Shown: positions 9,954-19,465 of the stretch, in pieces | How positions within the stretch are numbered: the stretch's first letter is position 1 | Layout of the letters: each line of letters opens with the position of its first letter | Source: Thermoplasmatota archaeon | Lineage (GTDB): Archaea; Thermoplasmatota; Thermoplasmata; Halarchaeoplasmatales; Halarchaeoplasmataceae | Direction: 5' to 3' | Length of the DNA: 64,000 bases | NCBI GenBank assembly: GCA_018334835.1 | Contig: JAGXLF010000001.1 | Location: 32,879-96,878, forward strand | The notes under the pieces: generated by a model | Told to the model about the DNA's origin: nothing | What the model saw: the letters and a program-made list of their open reading frames with translations, nothing else | The model's database searches: none | Program-made: the position numbers and the translations under genes

Positions 9954-12020
9954 ATGGCGGAATACACGGATGACGAGATCAAAGAAAAATTTATAGATTT
10001 CTTCGAAGAAGACGAATATCACTCTGAGTTGATCAAAATAGCAGACAACTATCCAGATGAAAAATCACTTTTCATCACGTATAATGATCTAACTCTCTTC
10101 TTCGGTGTGGATTTTCCCAGATATGTTGTAAAAAATCCTAAACACTGTCTCCAGATAGGCGAAAAAGCGATAAAGGAAGTGTTGGGAGGCGCCTATGACG
10201 AAGTGCATATCTTTCTCAGGATTAAAGAGCTGTCGGGGTCAAGGAGAAGGATGATTAGAGAACTCCGATCCGACGATCTTGCCAGTTATCTAGCCATAGA
10301 TGGATTGGTTAGGAAGACCACTGAAGTAAGACCGAGGATCACTAAAGCGTTTTTTAGGTGCATGAGTTGTGGGTTCGAGTTCGGAAAAGAGCAAAACGGA
10401 GGTAATATAGACGAACCCATGGAATGCAGTGGATGTGGAAAATCTTCTAATAAGACGAATTTTGCACTCCTGAAAGACAAATCAGAATTCAGGGATTTTC
10501 AAAATATAGAGATACAAGAGAGTCCCGAAGAATTGAGGGGTGGTGAACAACCCCAGCGTTTGAAAGGATGGGTTAAACACGATCTCGTAGGGCAAGTTTC
10601 TCCTGGGGATAGGATAACTATAAACGGAGTACTCGAGGGAAAACCGAAAAGAAGTAGCAGGACCTCCCAAAGCAGGGTTTTTGATATCTACATGGATGTG
10701 AACGGGATCGAAGTCAAAGAATATGAATTTGAAGACCTGGAATTATCCGAGGAGGATAGGAAAAGAATAGAAGAAGCAGCAGAGGATCCTCGCATCTTCG
10801 CTAGGATAGTCAGTTCTATAGCCCCTAGCATTCATGGGCTCACCACCGAGAAAATCGGACTTGCACTCCAACTTTTCAGCGGTGTAAGAAAGGAGATGCC
10901 GGACGGGACGATAACGAGGGGCGATATTCATATCTTGCTTGTCGGAGATCCGGGTACAGCGAAATCACAGCTTTTAAGATACATCTCGGAACTTTCCCCT
11001 CGAGGGATGTATGCCTCGGGCAAGGGTTCGACAGGAGCGGGGCTGACCGCCGCAGCTGTGCGTGAGGACGTGATGGGGGAGAGCCAGTGGGTTCTAGAGG
11101 CCGGTACTTTGGTACTAGCGGATGGAGGTATAGCTTGTGTTGACGAGCTGGATAAGATGCGTGCAGAGGACCGCAGTGCCATGCACGAAGCTATGGAGCA
11201 GCAAAGAATCTCGGTAGCTAAAGCGGGCATCAATGCAACGTTGAATTCGAGATGCGCGGTTCTAGGAGCGGCAAACCCAGAATACGGGAGATTTGAAGTT
11301 CACGAAAACATATCTCAGCAGATCGATCTTCCCCCTCCTCTGATATCGAGGTTTGACCTGATATTTGCCCTTATCGATCAGCCTGATAAGAAAAAAGATT
11401 CAAAGATAGCCGATCATATTTTGAGTCTGCATGAAGAAGGGGAGAGGATAGAGAAAAAAGGATTAGATATAGAGGAAGAATTCCGCCCTGAATTTGATAA
11501 GGAATTTTTGAGGAAATATATAGCTCATGCGAAGACTAAAACTCCGGTGTTGACAAAAAAAGCTATTGAAAAGCTTGAGGATTTCTATTTACAATTGAGA
11601 GACAAAGGTAGTGACGATTCTATACCGGTCACTGCAAGGCAACTAGAATCTTTGGTCCGTCTTTCAGAAGCTAGCGCTAGAGCTCATCTTAGGGATCAGG
11701 TCACTGTGGAAGATGCTGAGAGGGCAATAAGCGTGACGAATCACTTTCTGCAAAAAGTGGCTTCGACAGAATCTGGAGAATTAGATATAGATATGGTTTC
11801 ATCTAGCGTCTCTCACAGCGAAAGAACATTGATGAGTCAGATCAGGGACATCATCCGGAATAAAGTGGAGATCCACGAGGGTGGTGTTCCTGAAGAGGAC
11901 CTCCTTGAAGAGGCGGAGTCACGAGGTTTCTCTCGGGAAGAGGTCAGGAAGGAGCTCGACAGGATGAGAAGTGACGGTCAGATATACAATCCGATACAAG
12001 GAAAATACAAACTAGCGTGA
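9954..12020 (+). CDS. mcm: MCM replicative helicase
   Basis: Zn finger CMSC..CSGC, Walker A GDPGTAKS, Walker B CVDELDKM, arginine finger SRFDL, and a C-terminal winged helix. No intein. Confidence 0.95.
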   Translation: MAEYTDDEIKEKFIDFFEEDEYHSELIKIADNYPDEKSLFITYNDLTLFFGVDFPRYVVKNPKHCLQIGEKAIKEVLGGAYDEVHIFLRIKELSGSRRRMIRELRSDDLASYLAIDGLVRKTTEVRPRITKAFFRCMSCGFEFGKEQNGGNIDEPMECSGCGKSSNKTNFALLKDKSEFRDFQNIEIQESPEELRGGEQPQRLKGWVKHDLVGQVSPGDRITINGVLEGKPKRSSRTSQSRVFDIYMDVNGIEVKEYEFEDLELSEEDRKRIEEAAEDPRIFARIVSSIAPSIHGLTTEKIGLALQLFSGVRKEMPDGTITRGDIHILLVGDPGTAKSQLLRYISELSPRGMYASGKGSTGAGLTAAAVREDVMGESQWVLEAGTLVLADGGIACVDELDKMRAEDRSAMHEAMEQQRISVAKAGINATLNSRCAVLGAANPEYGRFEVHENISQQIDLPPPLISRFDLIFALIDQPDKKKDSKIADHILSLHEEGERIEKKGLDIEEEFRPEFDKEFLRKYIAHAKTKTPVLTKKAIEKLEDFYLQLRDKGSDDSIPVTARQLESLVRLSEASARAHLRDQVTVEDAERAISVTNHFLQKVASTESGELDIDMVSSSVSHSERTLMSQIRDIIRNKVEIHEGGVPEEDLLEEAESRGFSREEVRKELDRMRSDGQIYNPIQGKYKLA

Positions 12021-12031
12021 GAGTGAGCGAA

Positions 12032-12328
12032 ATGAAAGTGAATTATCAAATCTATGATCACGGAGACGAGGTCCTACTTGCCGCTTGTGATAACGAGGTC
12101 CTAGGCAGGACTTTGAAAGACGGTGATATAAATCTCAAGGTAAAAGAGAGTTTTTACGCTGGTCAAAAGATAGAGATAGAAGCCTTGAAAAGAAAATTTC
12201 AAACCAGTACTATAGCGAACCTAGTAGGTGAAAAAGTCGTAGATGCTGCGATTGAATCTGGTTTTGGTCAAGAGGAAGATATAATGATTATCGAAGGCGT
12301 ACCACATCTACAGATAGTCAGGCTTTGA
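12032..12328 (+). CDS. DUF424-family archaeal protein
   Basis: EVLLAACDNEVLGRTL..LKVKESFYAG pattern. Start moved to ATG 12032; GTG 12017 overlaps the mcm stop. Confidence 0.65.
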   Translation: MKVNYQIYDHGDEVLLAACDNEVLGRTLKDGDINLKVKESFYAGQKIEIEALKRKFQTSTIANLVGEKVVDAAIESGFGQEEDIMIIEGVPHLQIVRL

Positions 12329-12339
12329 GGTTATGGAAC

Positions 12340-13386
12340 ATGATATGTGTAGAATGCGGATCTGAAGTCGATGAAATTTACGACGGCTTGTGTTTGGATT
12401 GTTACGTAGATAAAAAGGTCAAAGTAGATATAGACGACCCTATCGAGATCGAGATATGTTCAAAATGTGGAAGTGTAAGAAAGGGGGACAATTGGCTCGA
12501 AAGACCAGACCTCGAAACGGTTATGTTAGATAAGCTCGAGGATTCGCTTTCCATCTCCTCTGTGGTAGACAAATTTTCATTTCAGGTGGAATTTGATGAG
12601 AGTGATCCTAAAAATATAAAAGCTGACCTGACAGTAGAATTGATAACTAAAGGGAAAAGGAAAGAAAAATACCTTTCTACCAATCTCGTATTGAAGAAAG
12701 GGCAATGTAAAAACTGCAGTAAAAGAGAGGGAGATTATTATGAGGCTATCCTGCAGGTAAGGCCGACTAAAAAAGAGATGACAGAAGAACAGAAGCGTGA
12801 AGTCTCTAGGATGGTACACGATAGAGTGGACGTCGAAAGAGGAGATGAAAAAAAAGTCTTCATCACCCTTGAGAAGGAGATCCATGGCGGTCTTGATTTT
12901 TATCTTAGCGACAAAAGGATCACTAGGAACTTATCTTATGATGTGGCTGACCTGTTTGGAGGTGATGTCAAGACCTCCTCCGAATTGGCTGGAAGAGAAG
13001 ACGGTCAGGACGTCTATAGGATGACTTACTTAGTTAGACTGCCGCCCTATGAGGAAAACGACTTCATAGAGTTTGAAGATAAAATTTATCGAATAAGAAA
13101 GACGAAGAGGGGAAGCGGTCCAGTCATAGTTCATGATTTGGAAGAAAATAGAGCTACTACTCTTCCTAAAAAAAAGATGGATGACGCAACGGTATATGGT
13201 GGTGAGGAATTGGTGAAGAAAGCCGTGGTAGTTTCTGAAGAAAAGGAAGAGATCCAGGTCATGGATCCAGAAAGTTACGAAACCAAGACACTTTTGAAGC
13301 CCCAGGGTTTTCCGGAGGGTAAGGATGAAGTAGAGGTTGTTAGGATAAAAAATAGTCTTTACCTCCTTTCTGATGACTCCGATTGA
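12340..13386 (+). CDS. NMD3-family ribosome biogenesis/export factor homolog
   Basis: N-terminal Cys pairs CVECG..CLDCY, CSKCGS and CKNCS. Start probably ATG 12340; TTG 12325 is the track start. Confidence 0.75.
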   Translation: MICVECGSEVDEIYDGLCLDCYVDKKVKVDIDDPIEIEICSKCGSVRKGDNWLERPDLETVMLDKLEDSLSISSVVDKFSFQVEFDESDPKNIKADLTVELITKGKRKEKYLSTNLVLKKGQCKNCSKREGDYYEAILQVRPTKKEMTEEQKREVSRMVHDRVDVERGDEKKVFITLEKEIHGGLDFYLSDKRITRNLSYDVADLFGGDVKTSSELAGREDGQDVYRMTYLVRLPPYEENDFIEFEDKIYRIRKTKRGSGPVIVHDLEENRATTLPKKKMDDATVYGGEELVKKAVVVSEEKEEIQVMDPESYETKTLLKPQGFPEGKDEVEVVRIKNSLYLLSDDSD

Positions 13387-13421
13387 TAAGATTTATACCG
13401 GATTAATCGTTCTTTTTGATT

Positions 13422-14444
13422 ATGACCGATAGAGAGAAGATCCTTCATACGACCTGGTTCGGTAGTTTTATCATAGAGGACGGCGAGGTGATCGATAAAG
13501 AGCTTTTTCCTAAGAACCCCTCGGAGATAGCGAAAAGAAAGTATCGGAAGGAACAAGGTGAAGTACTAGAGGAGGAGAAGAGCCTGATAGATAGACTAAA
13601 GGGAGAATATTCAGTATCTTCAAAAAGATTATCCGATTTTGGAGAAGTTAAAGATGCTATTGAGCCTGAGATATCTCCGGAGGATCATTCGTACAACGAA
13701 GAATTATTACAGAAAGCTCTTCAGGAATTAGGCAGAAAAAAAATCAGGGAATCTATCGATTTCGGGGAGCATCTTGCCAGAGCAGTAGAAACCATCCAAG
13801 ATCTTAACGAAACTATAAACATAAAGCTGGAAAGGTTGAAAACCTGGTATTCGCTGTATTTTTCGGAATTGGATGATGAGGTGAATGACGAAAAATACCT
13901 CGAGCTGATAATAGAACATGAGGACAGGGATGAGATAAAACAAAAGATAGGGTTGGAAGGGGAATTGACCGGTCAAGAGATTACAGACCAAGAAATGAGG
14001 CACTTCAAGTCCCTAGCAAGATCGATCAAAAATGAAATGGAGTTTAGGGAAGAATTGGAAAAGTATGTAGAAAGCAAGATGGAAGAGTACGCTCCGAACC
14101 TTTCGACACTTACGGGAGCAAAATTGGGAGGAGAACTTATAGCAGAACGGGGGTCGTTAGAAAACTTGGCTAAACAGCCTGCGAGCACTATACAGGTACT
14201 TGGGGCGGAAAAATCTCTATTCCGGCATCTCGATAAAGGTACCGATCCTCCAAAGCACGGATTGATACTGCAGCATCCTTATGTCCATAGAGCCCCCGAA
14301 TCCTTACGAGGGAAAATAGCGAGAACTTTTGCCAATAAAATAGCCATAGCGGCTCGCATAGATTACTTCGATGGTGAATATCAGGGAGAAAAGATGAAAA
14401 AAGAGTTGGAGAAAAAAATAAAAAAAATAAAAAAAGAGGGCTGA
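13422..14444 (+). CDS. nop5: Nop5 (Nop56/58) C/D box sRNP core protein
   Basis: NOP domain blocks AEKSLFRHL and KHGLILQHPYV, with a Lys/Glu-rich C-terminal tail. Start probably ATG 13422. Confidence 0.9.
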   Translation: MTDREKILHTTWFGSFIIEDGEVIDKELFPKNPSEIAKRKYRKEQGEVLEEEKSLIDRLKGEYSVSSKRLSDFGEVKDAIEPEISPEDHSYNEELLQKALQELGRKKIRESIDFGEHLARAVETIQDLNETINIKLERLKTWYSLYFSELDDEVNDEKYLELIIEHEDRDEIKQKIGLEGELTGQEITDQEMRHFKSLARSIKNEMEFREELEKYVESKMEEYAPNLSTLTGAKLGGELIAERGSLENLAKQPASTIQVLGAEKSLFRHLDKGTDPPKHGLILQHPYVHRAPESLRGKIARTFANKIAIAARIDYFDGEYQGEKMKKELEKKIKKIKKEG

Positions 14445-14454
14445 TTTTTGTTAA

Positions 14455-14922
14455 CTATTCTTCATCAAGGGCCGATTCTGCGCTTTTTAGTACGGATTTG
14501 AGTTTCCCTTCTAACAAGTTTACTCTAGATTTCAGCCGTGCGTTTTCCTTTTTTAGTTCCTCAAACCTTTTCCTTAATTGAGAATTGATGCCTTTCGGAA
14601 CGTGATCGTTTTCTTCTAATTCTTTGTTAACCGTTTCTAGACCGTGACCTTTCAGGTAATGGGCTAGTTTGATCTGCACCTCAGTCAAGTTACCTTCTTG
14701 GATGTCGTAATAGACGCTTTTTTTCCCCATATTGAGTAGATTCTCGTGCAGTTCGATGTCTCTAGTAACCATAATATCGTCATCTTTCATCTTATCCACC
14801 AGTTCAAAATCTAGGATTCCCTTGTATCTCTCGTTAACATCCAATATGTTATCGCAATCCTGCATATCTTCTATATCTTCCTTTACTTTCGAAGGAAGGT
14901 TTTCGTCCAGGATTATCTTCAT
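14455..14922 (-). CDS. PIN-like (DUF5615-like) domain protein with C-terminal coiled coil
   Basis: The N-terminus MKIILDENLP is typical of the DUF5615/Mut7-C PIN-like fold. The C-terminal ~50 aa form a heptad-rich coiled coil. Confidence 0.45.
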   Translation of the reverse strand: MKIILDENLPSKVKEDIEDMQDCDNILDVNERYKGILDFELVDKMKDDDIMVTRDIELHENLLNMGKKSVYYDIQEGNLTEVQIKLAHYLKGHGLETVNKELEENDHVPKGINSQLRKRFEELKKENARLKSRVNLLEGKLKSVLKSAESALDEE

Positions 14923-15032
14923 GATACCTGATTTTGAACTCTATTAAATATAATTTTCCTAATGAAGGAAGCCTACTAATAAGATAGAAAAGTTTTTAAG
15001 AATTAAAGGTGTTATATCTGTAGGTGACGAAG

Positions 15033-15200
15033 ATGGTAGTAAAAATAGATGAGGATACCTGCATAGCATGTGGGATGTGCGAGGAAGAGTGCCCTGTAGA
15101 TGCGATGACTGTCGACGACGTGGCCAAGGTAGACGCAGACCTGTGTGAAGATATCGGGAAATGCGTCGAGATCTGTCCGGTTGATGCACTATCTCTATAA
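15033..15200 (+). CDS. Ferredoxin, 55 aa, 7-Cys ([4Fe-4S] plus probable [3Fe-4S])
   Basis: Hand translation: MVVKIDEDTCIACGMCEEECPVDAMTVDDVAKVDADLCEDIGKCVEICPVDALSL. The first motif CxxCxxCxxxCP is intact; the second has Ile in place of the middle Cys. Below the ORF-track length cutoff. Confidence 0.8.
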   Translation: MVVKIDEDTCIACGMCEEECPVDAMTVDDVAKVDADLCEDIGKCVEICPVDALSL

Positions 15201-15253
15201 AATCCGGGAAAAAAATATTTATACGGCCTTTTCCTCCCCATGACCGTGGTAAA

Positions 15254-15421
15254 ATGGTAGTCAAAGTTGATGAAGACGCATGTATAGCTTGTGCCCAATG
15301 TGAGGAAGAGTGCCCTGTAGATGCTTTTACAGTCGAAGAAGTAGCTGTTGTAGACGAGGACACCTGTATCGACTGTGGCAACTGCGTAGAAGTTTGTCCA
15401 GTGGACGCACTGAGCCTTTAA
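15254..15421 (+). CDS. Ferredoxin, 55 aa, 2x[4Fe-4S]
   Basis: Hand translation: MVVKVDEDACIACAQCEEECPVDAFTVEEVAVVDEDTCIDCGNCVEVCPVDALSL. Both CxxCxxCxxxCP motifs are intact. TATA-like atatttatac lies at 15215-15224. Confidence 0.85.
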   Translation: MVVKVDEDACIACAQCEEECPVDAFTVEEVAVVDEDTCIDCGNCVEVCPVDALSL

Positions 15422-15449
15422 AAAATAAAAACCTCTCTTATGGTTATTT

Positions 15450-16061
15450 TTATTTTTCTTTATCTTTTATATAACTTACGATAGTTTCCTGCATGTCTCT
15501 TTCATTCCCTTCAAATTTTCTAATGCTTATCTCGCTTTGGTTTAGCATATTTTCCGAAAGTGAGTCTGTGTATTCTCCATCATAGACGATCTCCTTTATC
15601 TCCGAGTTTATCAGCATTTTCCCGCATACAACGCATGGATAGGTCGTACAGTAGAGCGTGCTTCCTCTGATACTTACTCCAGAAACAGCAGCTTGTATCA
15701 CTGCGTTCTGCTCGGCATGAACTGCGCGACAAAGCTCATGTCTTCTTCCAGATTTTACTCCCTCGCCTTTTTTCGGAAAGAAATCGATCTCTTCCAACAT
15801 CTTTTTTTTATCGATGTCTTTGTTCTCTTTGTACTGTTCTAAAAATATATCTATATAAGGCGGGTGTATATCGCCCCGTCTCATACAACCCCCCAATTCT
15901 TCACAATGAGGTAGACCTTTTGGAGCCCCGTTATATCCAGTGCTCAAAACTTGCTTATTTTTCACGATGACCGCACCGACTTTCCGCCGTAGGCAGGTAG
16001 ATCTCTCTGAAACTAGATGGGCCATAGCCATGAAATACTCGTCTATTGTTGGTCGATTCAT
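15450..16061 (-). CDS. dCMP deaminase (CMP/dCMP deaminase zinc-binding family)
   Basis: GYNGAPKG, zinc motifs HAEQNA and PCVVCGK, and a long insert between GYNG and HAE. Confidence 0.85.
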   Translation of the reverse strand: MNRPTIDEYFMAMAHLVSERSTCLRRKVGAVIVKNKQVLSTGYNGAPKGLPHCEELGGCMRRGDIHPPYIDIFLEQYKENKDIDKKKMLEEIDFFPKKGEGVKSGRRHELCRAVHAEQNAVIQAAVSGVSIRGSTLYCTTYPCVVCGKMLINSEIKEIVYDGEYTDSLSENMLNQSEISIRKFEGNERDMQETIVSYIKDKEK

Positions 16062-16248
16062 GATTTAGTAAGTGTGTGTCCATTTATTTTACTTTTTCTA
16101 ATATTGGACAAAATTACTTTCCTCGACATTTTGCCCTTCCTCTCAACCATGGTATAGGAAATAGTAAATACATGTTTATATGTGGTTGACATTGCGAGGT
16201 ATACCCGTCCTTTGTTGAATAAAGACTACTAGAACAGAGAAAGATAAT

Positions 16249-17193
16249 ATGAGTAAAATAGAAGAAACAATCATAGATATCGGAAAAGACGTATTGGTAT
16301 CACTCGTAATATTAGGCATAATTTTAGGTTCGCTCTATGCTTTTAGTGGTAGATGGCCTCCGATGGTAGTTATCGAATCGGGGAGCATGATGCACAGCGA
16401 GGAAAGTCAAATTGGTGTGATCGATCCTGGAGATATCGTCGTCGTTCAGGAAAGTGATAAAGAAGATATCACAACTTATGTTGAAGGAAAATCAACAGGT
16501 TACAAAAGGTATGGTCAATACGGTGATGTGATCGTTTTCGAACCTGACGGAAACGAGCAAACCACACCGATCATCCACCGCCCCGTGTTATATCTAGAAG
16601 AGAATGATAGTGGATTTGATGCACCATCCCTTGACGGATTAGAATATGGTGAAGAATGGAATACTACCGATGAAGGAAATAGCTCTTTAGGTCTTACTGG
16701 GACTATAACGATATATGACTATGGATTTGATAATAAGGATGTAGAAATCGATCTGTCTAGTTTGAGGCATTCAGGATATATAACTAAAGGGGATAACAAT
16801 CCTAATATCGATCAAGCAAAAAAAGGTAGAAACGCAATATCCTCTGAAACGATAAAAGAAGAATGGATCCTAGGTAGAGCTAGAGGGGAATTCCCTTGGT
16901 TTGGAATAATCAAGTTGACTTTTATAGGTAGGACCGAGTATATCCCTAGAAACAGCCTGATGAACTTTGGTATATCTGTTGGTGTCATATTACTATTTCC
17001 GATCATAACTGAGGTCGGATCAAAGATATACTATGAGATGTCAGATGGGGAATCTAAAAAAGAAACAGATAAAGGATCTTCTAAGGATACAGAAGAGAAG
17101 GAAAACAGTGAAATTACCAGTACTAAGACCAAGAAATTGAATAGAAACAGGAGAGATTTTGGATCAGAGAGTAGTAAAGAAAGTGAAGAATGA
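16249..17193 (+). CDS. Signal peptidase I, archaeal/ER type (S26B)
   Basis: N-terminal TM segment, catalytic Ser box ESGSMMH, KGDNN box, a C-terminal TM segment and an acidic/basic tail. Confidence 0.8.
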   Translation: MSKIEETIIDIGKDVLVSLVILGIILGSLYAFSGRWPPMVVIESGSMMHSEESQIGVIDPGDIVVVQESDKEDITTYVEGKSTGYKRYGQYGDVIVFEPDGNEQTTPIIHRPVLYLEENDSGFDAPSLDGLEYGEEWNTTDEGNSSLGLTGTITIYDYGFDNKDVEIDLSSLRHSGYITKGDNNPNIDQAKKGRNAISSETIKEEWILGRARGEFPWFGIIKLTFIGRTEYIPRNSLMNFGISVGVILLFPIITEVGSKIYYEMSDGESKKETDKGSSKDTEEKENSEITSTKTKKLNRNRRDFGSESSKESEE

Positions 17194-17209
17194 TCTCCTT
17201 AATTTGATA

Positions 17210-18499
17210 TTACATCAGCGTAGTCTGTTTAGGACTGTGGGAGTTGAAGTTTTTAACCGCTTCGATGCTTTTATCTTCTTCTATTAAATCGATGATATCA
17301 GATTTAGGGACAGAAGATTGGATCTCTTTAGTTCTACCTCTTCTCCCAAAAGATTTAACCCTCGCATTTATCAATCCTAACATATCTAATTCTGAGATCA
17401 GATCGGTTATCCTTCTCTGGGTGAGAGGATCCATACCAGACTTTTTGCTCAATTGTTTGTAACCCGAGTAGACCTCTCCAGTAGTGAGTTTGTCCCGGCC
17501 ATTTTCATGCATCAAGAGTATCGAGTATAGCACGAGTTTAGAATGAGTGGGTAGTGTATTGACGGCTTCTCTAACACAATCCTGCTCTATTTTGTTTTTT
17601 GCTTTGTATACATGGTTTGTGTTTACTGAAGAGTCGTTATCTCGCTCTGCAATTTCCGTCGAAACGCGAAGAAGATCAAGTGCTCTTCTCGCATCTCCGT
17701 GTTCCTGAGCGGCTAAAGCTGCACAGAGCGATGTCACATCGTTACCCAAGATATCGGGCTCGAAGGCTTTGTTTGCCCTGTCCGCGAGGATATCCTTGAG
17801 TTGATCTGCATTGTATGGAGGAAATATCATCTTTTCTTCGCCGAGTCTGCTTTTGACTCTAGGATCTAAAAATTCAGTAAACTTCAGATTATTAGATATA
17901 CCTATGAGACTGACCTTGCTTTTAACCAATTCAGAGTTTATCTTCGAAAGGTGGTATAGAACGCTGTCACCGCTTTTTGTGACCAATTTGTCCAATTCAT
18001 CTAAGATTATCACTACCACTCTCTTTTCTTCTTCGATTCTATCTTTAAGGGATTCGTAGACTTTTTCCATGGGCCACCCGGTGAAAGGTATCTGTTCGTC
18101 CCAATCTTCAACGAATTTATTCCCTATATTTTTCATAACGCCATAATGGGTATCGACGACCTCGCAGTTTATATAAACATATTCTACTTTATCGATATCG
18201 AACTCGCTGAACTCCGCGTTCAGCTCGCTTTCTTGGTTTTCCCTTTTTAATCGGTTAATTTCTCGTTCTAGATATCTGACTACAGCGGTCTTACCGGTGC
18301 CCGTTTTACCGAAGATGAGGACATTTGAGGGTCGATTTCCCCTAAGGGCTGTAACCATGATGGAAGCAAGATCATTTATCTGTTCCCTCCTATGAGGCAA
18401 TTCCTCAGGAACGTAAGAGGGACGTAATATATCTCTATCACCCTTGAAGAGGGAATTTGAGTCCATATAGGATTTGAAGACATTTTCCTGACCTGTCAT
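17210..18499 (-). CDS. cdc6: Orc1/Cdc6 replication initiator (paralog 1)
   Basis: Walker A GKTGTGKT, Walker B ILDELD, C-terminal winged helix. Start moved to the internal ATG at 18499 (MTGQENVFKS); the 16-codon extension to 18547 overlaps an ORB-like element. Confidence 0.9.
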   Translation of the reverse strand: MTGQENVFKSYMDSNSLFKGDRDILRPSYVPEELPHRREQINDLASIMVTALRGNRPSNVLIFGKTGTGKTAVVRYLEREINRLKRENQESELNAEFSEFDIDKVEYVYINCEVVDTHYGVMKNIGNKFVEDWDEQIPFTGWPMEKVYESLKDRIEEEKRVVVIILDELDKLVTKSGDSVLYHLSKINSELVKSKVSLIGISNNLKFTEFLDPRVKSRLGEEKMIFPPYNADQLKDILADRANKAFEPDILGNDVTSLCAALAAQEHGDARRALDLLRVSTEIAERDNDSSVNTNHVYKAKNKIEQDCVREAVNTLPTHSKLVLYSILLMHENGRDKLTTGEVYSGYKQLSKKSGMDPLTQRRITDLISELDMLGLINARVKSFGRRGRTKEIQSSVPKSDIIDLIEEDKSIEAVKNFNSHSPKQTTLM

Positions 18500-18541
18500 G
18501 CTTTTTTCACCTTTTAACCATCCCGGCCCTACACCCCTATA

Positions 18542-18850
18542 TTTCAAGTGGAAATTTTAACCCTAATCTAAATCGAAGGATATACACTTCTTCTCGATTA
18601 TCCGGGGTCCGCCGTTAGGGAAATGGGGATTATCTATAACATTAAAAAGGTTTCGTCAGACGATATTTGGTATAGCTTAGAGGTGAGTTTAAAAAGATTT
18701 TGTATGACGCTTTAAGTACCTTTATAAATTAAAATAAAGTAGATTTATAGTTATTTATAGGAATAAATAACCTTCCGCCTTCGCTAATTGAACCGGATAG
18801 CCCGCCGGATATTCGGCTATCTCTTTTCATAGTCACTTTCCGGTGGAAAA
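18542..18850. promoter_or_regulatory. Candidate replication origin (ORB-like repeats flanking an AT-rich unwinding element)
   Basis: tttcaagtggaaat (18542-18555) and tttccggtggaaaa (18837-18850) match 11/14 and resemble the archaeal mini-ORB core TCCAGTGGAAA. The AT-rich block at 18715-18772 contains tandem agatttatag/ttatttatag. The region lies immediately upstream of orc1/cdc6. Confidence 0.4.
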
Positions 18851-18898
18851 TATGTAAAAAAAGAGTCAAAGAAAGGATTTTTGTTTAGATGCCAATAC

Positions 18899-19465
18899 TT
18901 ACTCCCCTACTGGTCCGATTGGGAATATCGTCTTTTCATAATACTCGTTAGTTACTTCGGCTAGAGCAGTATAGACAGCGCTGAAACCACACAAGATGCC
19001 TTCGTAACCCGCTATAGTCGCGATAGTGGAATTGTACTCTCCTATCGCCAACAGGAAAAAGAGTATGGTCAAAGTTCCGAAGACAACCTGGAGTGCTCTG
19101 TTCAATTTTAAGGTTGAAAGGAACATCCATCCTGTGAAAAGGCCCCACATCGCAAGATAAGCCGCGAGTCCAGCCTTTGAAGGACTGAAAGCACCAACTA
19201 CCTCTGGTATTATAAATATACCTACTAAGCTGAGCCAAAACAGCCCGTATGAGCTGAATGCCACTGCAGGAAATGTATTACCCTGCTTCATTTCCCACCA
19301 GCCGGCTATCAATTGAGCAAAACCACCATAGAATATGCCCATCGCTAGTATCATGCTACCCAAACCAAAAAAGCCAGCATTGTGTATATTCAAGAGTACG
19401 GTTGTCATACCGAAACCCATCAGACCCAATGGAGCGGGATTCGCTAGTTTATTTTCTTCTGCCAT
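18899..19465 (-). CDS. satP: Acetate/succinate transporter, GPR1/FUN34/YaaH (SatP) family
   Basis: Signature [14 protein letters not shown] and 6 TM segments. Start at 19465 (MAEENK) or 19474. Confidence 0.85.
   Translation of the reverse strand: MAEENKLANPAPLGLMGFGMTTVLLNIHNAGFFGLGSMILAMGIFYGGFAQLIAGWWEMKQGNTFPAVAFSSYGLFWLSLVGIFIIPEVVGAFSPSKAGLAAYLAMWGLFTGWMFLSTLKLNRALQVVFGTLTILFFLLAIGEYNSTIATIAGYEGILCGFSAVYTALAEVTNEYYEKTIFPIGPVGE

Noticed and set aside
14959-15381. Minus-strand track ORFs 14959..15381 and 14996..15298
   Set aside because: Both are Ser/Thr/His-rich low-complexity translations lying antisense to two clean ferredoxin genes with canonical Cys motifs on the plus strand.
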